A DNA stretch of 63,816 nt, counting the filler, from Dugesia japonica (lineage: Eukaryota), in assembly GCA_001938525.1 (NCBI GenBank). It is 6 parts of 6 records of this genome, joined end to end, with 100 filler letters (N's around TTAATTAATTAA, not from the genome) between each part and the next. Parts side by side here need not be neighbours in the genome. Positions count along the whole stretch, not along the records: positions 54,894 to 63,816 come from MQRL01594486.1; 5 more parts are not named here. The stretch is one strand, 5' to 3'. The notes beneath the pieces were generated by a model. It was not told where the DNA came from and searched no databases. It saw only the letters and a program-made list of their open reading frames with translations. Shown one piece after another: positions 54,894 to 63,816 of this stretch. The translations under genes were made by a program, and so were the position numbers. Within the stretch, counting starts at the first letter, position 1. Every line of letters begins with the position of its first letter.

Positions 54894-55111
54894 GCATGAC
54901 TGGAGCGGCTAAAAGATTATATCTCGATAAAACAAAACAATTAACTGAATTACCAAGTACCCGGATTGAAGTTAAAGAAATCCTCACTGAAAATTTTACA
55001 AGCCAAAGAACAAGAAGCCAAGAATTCAAAGAATTTGCAAGAAGACCGCAACACAAAGATGAATCTTATCACACATATGCTAGTGAACTCAAACGACTTG
55101 GTGAGACTTAG
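54894..55111 (+). pseudogene. Retrotransposon gag fragment
   Basis: 'GAAKRLY..EILTENF..EFARRPQHKDESYHTYASELKRLG' fits the R-x-Q-x3-ES-x3-YA-x2-L-x2-L gag motif. Confidence 0.65.
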
Positions 55112-56512
55112 TGAGATTTATTTAAACATAAATTTAAACTTTGATTTAGTCGACTTTTGAAATTTAATAATTTAATAATTATAATAATAATTACATAATA
55201 ATAATGATATTAGTAATTATAATAGTCAAATTTCTGCCAAGCACTATGTTTTCTTATTTTTCTGCTCGTTTTTGTGTTGAATTTTTTTATATTATTTCGG
55301 AAAATTCAGAAATAGCGGCATTGGGAAACTGACGTCATGTATTAAAAGGTTTTTAACACAAACTTATTTTGAATTTATTAAATGAGAATTTCAAGATTTA
55401 TTTATTCAAATTTAAAACGATTTCTATTATTAAATTTAATTTAAATTTAAAATGGTTCGTTTGTAAGGAGGTTTAAATTTATTAAGGAACCCTGAAAGTT
55501 TGACGGTGTTAGTAAGAAGGGGGCGGAGGGTAAAAAAACTTAAAATTCTTGACATAATTAAAGGTCGTTCTCTTAAGAGCTTAGTTCAAGTTTAACTGTA
55601 ATTTATCTTATGATGTCAGGAGGAAACGATAAGACTATTTTATTAATTTAATTGATTTAGATAATTAGAATGAATTTACTTATTTTTTAAAATTAGATTT
55701 CAAGTTTCATTGAATTAAAAATTCAAATTTTTTATTGTATATTAGAAATACGACGGCCGACTTGGAGTAAGCAACTAAATATCACGCTTTAGCCTTTTTA
55801 TTGTTTTGGTAGAACACCCGATATAAAAAGATGAAGACTAAAATCGATAAGTTGTGTATAAATCAAAATAAATATTAGTAAAGTGAATAAAACTCAAGAG
55901 CTTAAGGCATACAGATGCTCTGATTGATGGAACAAATAGAGACAAGTTCAGAATAAAAGATAATACCCAATATAGAAGGAAAGATCATGGAACCCATGAT
56001 CAAGAAAATCAGCGGTGAAGAAATAATTGGTTGATAAAGCAACAGGGCAGGAGAAAGAGCGAAAAGAAAATTGGGCAAGGGTAGGATAAAATAACTCATT
56101 TGGAAGATCAACAGTATAAGAAGAGAGCATTAAATCAACAAAACGAAAAAAAGACGCCAATAATTACCTATGAGAAGAAAGGCTAGAGAAAGTATAAATT
56201 TCAAAAAAGTATCTAGAGTGGAATAAAAAAATTTGAACCAATTTGTAAATTAATTAAGAGAAAATTGAATAAAATAAAATATTAAGTTGTGTAATAAATT
56301 CCTGCGTTATTTATATTTTATGTTTTCCTGCAAATAAGAATATATATGCATTCGAGTTAGTGTTAATTTTAATCAATTTGTAAAAATCATAAAAACATGG
56401 AACTTTTCTATAAAAAATCATAAAAGTGTAAAAACCTTTGTATATATATATATATATTTAAGTATTTAATTTATGTTTTTAAGTAAATATTTTTTATTTG
56501 TTAAATTCCCAT

Positions 56513-57101
56513 CGGTTTCATATGTGTATAAGACTCTATTTGATTCATTGCATGTATTATATGACTTTATATTGTTCATTGTGTATATTGTTTTTCTCTA
56601 AAGGTTGAATTATGTGTATTGTAAAAATATATTGAGTTAATTATGTGTATTATAAGACCGCATTAGGTTAATTGTGTGTATTTATTGACTTTATAGGATT
56701 TATTATATGTATTATATGGTTCTGTTGGGTATAATATGTGTATTATATAACTCTATAGATTTTAGTGTATAAGACCTATTGGTTTTTTATATATAAGACT
56801 ATATTAAGTTATTTATGTGTATTTAAGTGACTTTATTGCGGATATTTGTATATTATACGACTATATTGAGTTTATTATATGAATATATAAGGTATATTAT
56901 GACTATATTGGGTTTATTATACTAATTTAACTGTAAGTATGGAGTTTATGATGTGATTTTACTAGGTCAAGTGAGTTTTTTGTGTGCATTTAATGACTCT
57001 ATTTGTTAATTTTATGTATGTTATGTCTTAAAAGATTTATTGTGTGTATTATAAGTCTTTATTAAATTTATTGAATGTATTATATAACTATATTGGGTTA
57101 A
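56513..57101. repeat. Degenerate ~31-bp minisatellite (consensus ~TGTGTATTATAAGACTATATTGGGTTAATTA)
   Basis: Recurrent TGTGTATT..GACT.TATT.GGTT units, roughly 18-19 copies. Confidence 0.7.
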
Positions 57102-59590
57102 CATCATCAGCAATGGAATACGCCATTAATCTGTGTTTGGAAAAAGGAAAAAAGGATATATGATTGTGCTTAGACTTTAGACAGATCAATGCAATAACAG
57201 AAAACAAGCTTTTCCTATGCCAAATGTAGACGAAGTGCTAGATGCTTTAGAAGGTACGCAGTATTTTAGCTCAATAGACTTGAGAAATGCATACTACCAA
57301 GTGAAACTCAGTGAAGATTCGATCACACAAGGGCAATTTTGTTTCAATTGAATGCCTTTTGAAATTGCAACCGCACCAGGTACGTTCCAGGAAATGAGGA
57401 ATAAAGTAATCGGAAAAATAAAAGGAGCGATAGTTGATCTAGATGATATTCTCATATTTACCCCAACAAAGGAGCAACACTATGAAATAATCAATAAAGT
57501 ATTTACAGAAATTAAGAAAGCTGATTTTAAAGTTAATCCAGAAAAATGCCAATTCATGCGAAAGTAGATCAAATTTTTGGGACTCGTTATCAGTAAAGAA
57601 GGTTTCAAAACAGATCCAACTAAAATAGAAGCAATGAAAAACTTTGGTAAACAAAAATGCGTTAAAAAGACGAGAAGCTTTTTGAGAATTCGCAATTACT
57701 ATCGCAAGTTTATTAAAGACTATTCGAAAAAGACTAGATAGCTGGAACATCTGTGTAGTGGGCCAAGTAACAAGAAAATTGAATGGGCGAATGAATTAGA
57801 ATAAGTTTTTAATGAAATGAAAGAAGCACTAATGATGTCTCCAATATTATGTTTTTCAGATACAAATAGAGGATTTATTTTGGACACAGATGCGAGTTTC
57901 GATACGGTTGGTGCTGTACTATTTCAAAAGGACAACAATTAATAAGAAAGAGTAATTGCATATGGGTCACAACCAATGACGAGTCATGAGAAAGAATATT
58001 GTACTACGCGGAAAGAATTGCTCGCAATTTACTACTTTTGTATTCATTTCAAACATTACTTGTATGTGAAGAGATTTATCCTCAGAACAGATCATAAAGT
58101 CATCACTTTTATGCTAAATAACAAGAAGCCGATTACATCACAGTTTCAAACCTGAATTAATTATTTGAGCAGTTAAGATATCAAATTGGAATATAGAAAA
58201 GGATCGCTTCATACAAATGTGGATATGTTGTCAAGGAGTAAATGCGATGCATGTCCAAAATGTTTTATTCCAAATAAAGATCCCAAAAATCAAATATTAA
58301 AAACAAGGATGTTAAATACAGAAGATATTCAAGAAAAACAAGGCGATTTTGGTGAGAATGATGAAGGAAAATGGATATCCGATCATAAAGTAGAAAAGGT
58401 TATAATGATGATACACCATCTTTTGTGTCATGCTGGAGCAGAAAAGGTAGCAGCGTATATGAAGCATAAATATAATGTGAAGCAGTTGTGGAGCAAAGTA
58501 CAAGAAGTTGTCCGAAGCTGTATAACATACCATAAAGCTAAAGTGCTGACAACAAAAACGAAGGAAGAAACAAAAAAGACGCAGCCAGCTGAAATGTTTG
58601 AGTTGTTATTTATAGATGTGTGTGGACCACTACCGGAGACAAGAGGTCGAAAAAAATATGTTCTCAGTATAATAGACCAATGCATTAAATATGTAGCCTT
58701 GATAGCAATAACAAAAGAAGTTGAAGATATCATAAGGAAAGCAATATTGGAAAGTGGATATTAAAGTTCGAGTGTCCGAGAAAAATTCAAGTTGATTTTT
58801 GAAGAGCATTTGAGTTCAAATCAATGAATGATTTTGCAGCTGAACATGGCATTACCCTAAAGGTTTTGAGTCCATATCATCATAACACAAATGGACAAAT
58901 CGAGAGACAGTTTAAAACTATGAGGGATCTGATTAATGTAACACCTAAAGAAATGGAAAACCTCAGATTGGGCGGATGTATTTCCAGAGATAGAAATTAC
59001 CTTAAACGCCACAAAACAGAAAACTATCGGGAAAAGCCCTGCTGAAATCGTATTTTGGAAGAAAATAAACAGAGAAAAATGGTATTTAACCAATACTCAA
59101 AGAGAGCACAAAGATCAAGATAAAGTGATTATGATCAAAAGACAATTCAAGGTTGGTGATGAGATTTTTGTGCAAGTTGATACAAGAAACAAGAACCAAT
59201 ATCGTTTTGAAGGATCCTAAAAAGATCAAAAGAAAGGTTTATGACAGACGTTACATCCTGGAAGATACCAACGGAAAAAGTCTCGAAAGAAACTTAGAGA
59301 AAATGAAACAATTTCTTAAAAAGGGGGATGTAAATATGTTTTGTAAAGTGGGTTGAAATTTTTGTGAGATTGGTGATCATTTTTTTTAAAAAATCTTTTA
59401 TTTAAAAATATTTCAATTATAGATGGAAATTTTATATAACGAAAATTTAGTTTTGAATTTATAGGCTATTAATTAAAAATTAAGATTTTGAATAAACGAA
59501 AATTTAGTTAAATTATTTTTTTAAAATAACTTAAAATGAATTTTAAATAATTTGAAAAATGATCACCAATTAAAACACGGGATTTTAATT
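57102..59590 (+). mobile_element. Gypsy pol (RT-RNase H-integrase) pseudogene plus 3' LTR
   Basis: LCLDFRQIN, SIDL..AYYQ, MPF..ATAPGTFQ, DLDDILI, FILDTDASF, RKELLAI, LRTDHK, HHLLCHAG..C and SPYHHNTNGQIER. The PPT AAAAGGGGGA is followed by an LTR starting TGT at 59328. Confidence 0.92.
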
Positions 59591-59745
59591 NNNNNNNNNN
59601 NNNNNNNNNNNNNNNNNNNNNNNNNNNNNNNNNNNNNNNNNNNNNNNNNNNNNNNNNNNNNNNNNNNNNNNNNNNNNNNNNNNNNNNNNNNNNNNNNNNN
59701 NNNNNNNNNNNNNNNNNNNNNNNNNNNNNNNNNNNNNNNNNNNNN

Positions 59746-59791
<46 letters not shown>

Positions 59792-60029
59792 GTAATAATA
59801 ATTATAATAATAATGATAATAATAATAATAATAATATATATGAGGAAATAATTAGTAATTAATAATATCATCCGATGGAAATTGAGTTATCTGAATATTA
59901 ATATTGAAATTCTAGTATTTCAATATTATTTATCTTATGAAACATGGGTTGTAGAAGTAAAATAAACAATGTCTAAAAATATTAATTGTGATTTGCAAAA
60001 TGATTTACCAATTGAAGATTTACTTAACA

Positions 60030-61400
60030 TGGTGGCAACGGTAAATACCGATTCTATTACAGATAGGTTATTGCCAAAGATGTTCTGCAGAGGAGATAAT
60101 ATTGAAAAATTCATCAAGCGGTGTGAATTCTTTTTAAGCTAAAAACATTACCCATTTGAAACAACAGGAGAGATTAGTCTCTTGTTTGTTAGATGAAGAT
60201 TTGTTGGAAGAATATGCAAAGACGTTGAAAAACCTTGAAGGTTTTCAGGCTTGTTTACGTATGGCATTTGAGAAAGAGAAAGATGTTTTCAAAGATTTTC
60301 AAAATTTGATTAACTACAGGTGTGGAAACTGATATAATTGAGTTTATGCGATTGAAGATTAAGATGTTTATACAAACGATGGATATGAAGTGTTTGAAAG
60401 TGATTCTGAAAGTTAGTACCCAAAAGGCAAGGCTCTGCCAGTAGAGAAGTTTTTTGGAGCCATTCATTGTTAAATGAAGTTAGTAAGTATCCTCAAGGGG
60501 TCGAAAATTGGGATATTATCAGAAAAGTTATAGAAATAGTATACAGGTTCTTAAAGAGGGAAAATTTTGCGAATGAAAGAAAAATAGAATGGGTTGGAAC
60601 AATTGAAACAGAACAGAAAACAAATATTTCGTACCATAAATTGCAAGGCCAACCAAGTATTACGGTATTAATTCAAGGAAATAAAGTAGAATGTTTATTA
60701 GATACAGGAGCTCAAATTAACGTGATGAGTTTGAGTTGTTTTAATAAATTACGAGAAGTAAATTCAGAAATGAGTGATGAAAGATTGCGTTGTGCAAATC
60801 ATAGTACACTTGAAATTGTTGGGAAACTTAGTACTGGAGTAATAATTGATGAAGTTTGCAAAGAGATTACTTTCTTAGTTGCTGAAAGAATAACACCAGA
60901 TCTGATAGGAGGAATATGAACGATGGATGCAGAAAAACCTTGGATATTAACTTATGCAAAAGGTTGATAACAAAGTGAATAAAAAAGTTGAAAATTACAT
61001 TTGAAATATTGTAATATAAGGAGACAAATTAAAAAAGGAGAGTGACTGGCAGAAGCCTTAAATATTTTGTAGGATCAAAAGTATTAAAGAGGATCAACTG
61101 TTATTGAAAATAATTGAAAGTAAAGAAGATGCTTTTATGGCAGATAAATGGGATGTAGGACGCACACATCTGACAAGACACAAAATAATTACCAATCAAT
61201 GTAAACCCGTATAGACAATCAATGAATTTAGAATCTTAAATTAAAGCAGCTATCCAAAACCTTTTCGAAAATAATATTATCCGGAAATGCAACTCTTCAT
61301 GGAGTACCCCATTGATCTCTGTTTGCAAAAAAGGAAAAGAATGACATAAGAATATGTTTGGATTTCAGACAATTGAATGCTGTAACAAAAAGACAAGCCT
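60030..61400 (+). mobile_element. Gypsy gag-protease-RT 5' fragment
   Basis: AACA-TGGTGGCAACGG PBS-like junction; aspartic protease 'CLLDTGAQINVMS'; RT start 'SSWSTPL..IRICLDFRQLN'. Confidence 0.85.
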
Positions 61401-62882
61401 AATTAATAAGCCTAACTAATAATAATTATAATACACACCGACGACCTTCATGGTGCTAGGAAACAAATAGCGCCTGAATTTGATTTAAATTAAAATCTAT
61501 TTATTTTTAACTCCTAGCTAACATGCTGGAAATAAAGTAAAATTAAATGAATACAACCCTATAATAAATAACACCACATAATAGTATTATAATAATATTA
61601 TATATAGTGACGTATAAATAGCGAAAAAGTTAAATCTTAGACATTGAATGAAAAAGCAAGTAATATGTTGCTAATGTATTAGCTTAATGTTACTATATTT
61701 TATAGTAGCGTTATTAAAGTTATTACTACCCATGCCTCAGGCATCATTGCTGTTATTATTGAATGAAAACTTTTATAGCAAACTTTATTAAAATGACAAT
61801 GTAAAGTTAGTAATGCAATTATGATATTTTCCACTACCCACCTTAACTGGTAGGTTCAGGTTCTTGAACATCCCATGGGTTAAATTGATTTTCGTTGTTT
61901 TCAATTATAATGAAGTCATGAGTATTGCCCTTAATAATCATCAAAGACAAATGTGTAAATATTAACTCGGTGAGGGTATGATAATGTGAATCTGTTTTAG
62001 ATATCCTATGTCTGAATTACTCCTATTGACCCTTCAATTAATTCAACGAAAGCGCGAACGATCACGCAAACGGCAATTGATCCGACACCTCATAGCCCTG
62101 AGTCTGGTTATGCATCCCGACGAAACAGATTTGATTTGATTCACCGAGATGTTTCCGTTGACAGCAAAAATGGACATGAATGAGAAATAACGATCGTTTC
62201 GATAATGAAGCTCATGTAGTTGAAATAAAATATAGGATGGTCTAAAGCTCTAATTTTAAATTTTAAATTTGATTGTTTATTGATGTCTTTATTAACATTT
62301 ATAATTAAATAAAATCTCTGTTCTAGGATGGAATCTATATGGGAAAGAATTTTTTATCGTCGAACGCGGCGCATCTTTTTCAGGCGTCACCACAATCCGC
62401 ATAACCGAGATGCCGGAATATTGGTAGATCGCTCAAATTTGCCTCTCGTAGAAGCCGCAGTAGCGTGAATACGGAATTTTGGCGAGAGGCTTAATTTCCA
62501 ACATTGGAGTGGGCCAGTACGCAACCACACTACTGCGTTCTAGTATCAACCTCCGGCCCCACCCCCAGTCGTGCAGGCTTTCATCATTAACTTGCTCTGG
62601 GACGTTAAGGAACCCTCGGGCGTGGAGAGTGCCGAAAACACCGCTCCTGCCACGGACCCTACGACTAATCTACAGTGACTCCTTTGTTTTATGGGTTGAA
62701 TGCAGAAATAAATACGTGTCTTTACTTAAAATAATTTTGCTTCGTTTCCTTCAGGGTTTTAATAAAAGACAATTTTTTAATGTTGTTATAAGTATATTTT
62801 GCTGTCTTAAAATTGGAAAGGATTTCGGGTACTTCTGTAATTTGGTTGATAGTATCTTTAGTAAAATTTTACTATTTTGTAG

Positions 62883-63241
62883 TGCATTCCTCTCTAAATC
62901 GTCCTTCAGCTCCTACTAAGAAGATAAGAGACACCAGCGAGGACCAAGAAATCACTTAGGACCTCTATCGCCTGACAAAGTGACGCTGGGAGGCCGAGAT
63001 GGCCACCGCTAAAGGTAAGGTGAGCCGGTATAAAAAGAAATGCCTAGCATTCAAGGCAGAAGCTGAAGCTTCACATACGCAGGAAAGAGTCTGGAAGGCT
63101 CAATTAGAATCTTTCACTGAGATTATCCGGTCCTTCCAAGACTGAGAGAATAAACTGGTTCAAGATATTCACAAACTAAAATCTGCAATGCCCCTCGAGC
63201 CCTTGATGGTTGACAAGGGTACCCAGATTCCAAGAGCTTAA
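62883..63241 (+). pseudogene. Orphan coiled-coil gene (second array) with C-terminal DKGTQ motif
   Basis: Frame DQEIT*DLYRLTK*RWEAEMATAKGKVSRYKKKCLAFKAEAEASHTQERVWKAQLESFTEIIRSFQD*ENKLVQDIHKLKSAMPLEPLMVDKGTQIPRA*. There is a TAG acceptor at 62882 and AATAAA at ~63258. Confidence 0.55.
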
Positions 63242-63362
63242 TAGTTGTCGTTGTATAAATAAATGTTTTCATATTAAAATTTATTTTAATTCTCTTACTT
63301 TTGCTTAGTTAATTTGGCCTATCTGTCGCAGATCGAATAAACTAATGTTATATCTTGTTTAG

Positions 63363-63745
63363 TGCCGCGAATCACTTTCCCAAACAACTTGAGAAGATGC
63401 CACCGAATTATGCAACGTCTCTTAGTCGTGCGATAACTTAAGCGAAAGACCGACCGAGCACTTCTGAAACACCTTAATCAGAGATATCAGTTAATAAAAA
63501 GGCTTGACTCGATAGTCAAAAGGCAGAGTAGTCTGGCCGAGCAAACTAAGGCCCTTGCACAAGAAACCACTTTACTGTTGCAGCGCAAAATTGATTTTTA
63601 AAAACAGTATATTGCAGATCTCTCCCGTCAATTAGGAAACCCTACATGGGTCCAATGGGATGACAATGACGATTCGGCGTCGTTCAATTTTTTGACGACT
63701 GATCCAGCCCAGTTGTTAGACCCGGGCGCATTGGATCTCATCTAA
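63363..63745 (+). pseudogene. Orphan coiled-coil gene (second array) with acidic tail
   Basis: Frame ..IKRLDSIVKRQSSLAEQTKALAQETTLLLQRKIDF*KQYIADLSRQLGNPTWVQWDDNDDSASFNFLTTDPAQLLDPGALDLI*. There is a TTTAG acceptor at 63362 and AATAAA at ~63793. Confidence 0.55.
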
Positions 63746-63816
63746 TTTTTCTGTAAAATACAGTTTTCATTGTTCGACTTATTCTAGCCTTTAATAAATT
63801 CGTGATAATAGGGAAA

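Noticed and set aside
62479-62919. 146-aa ORF in the track
   Set aside because: It runs from a GC-rich block through AT-rich spacer into the next unit; probably an off-frame shadow of the array genes.

Overview
This is an AT-rich, repeat-dominated eukaryotic (animal) draft assembly. The 40-55 nt introns, (AAT)n tracts and TE content suggest a planarian or other flatworm, which is an inference. The window is not contiguous: six scaffolds of about 9-12 kb are joined by an artificial N44-TTAATTAATTAA-N44 linker at 11043, 20735, 32013, 42275 and 54838. Host content is an UNC-93-like exon (minus strand), the multi-exon 3' half of a Domino/SRCAP (SWR1-class) remodeller, and a CtBP pseudogene fragment that the ORF track misses. 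TE content includes hAT, mariner, pogo and piggyBac-type elements and MITEs, an R2/NeSL-type RLE non-LTR end, several decayed Gypsy elements, and a Penelope remnant with a minimal hammerhead ribozyme. Two items stand out. (1) Two separate scaffolds (42.6-48.3 kb and 61.9-63.8 kb) carry co-oriented arrays of small decayed orphan coiled-coil genes that appear homologous to each other; one array includes an IAP-type RING gene, and both may be cargo of a giant mobile element. (2) An endogenous Maverick/adintovirus fragment encodes a major capsid protein and an apparently fused PLA2-integrase. All assignments come from manual translation and motif recognition; no database searches were run.
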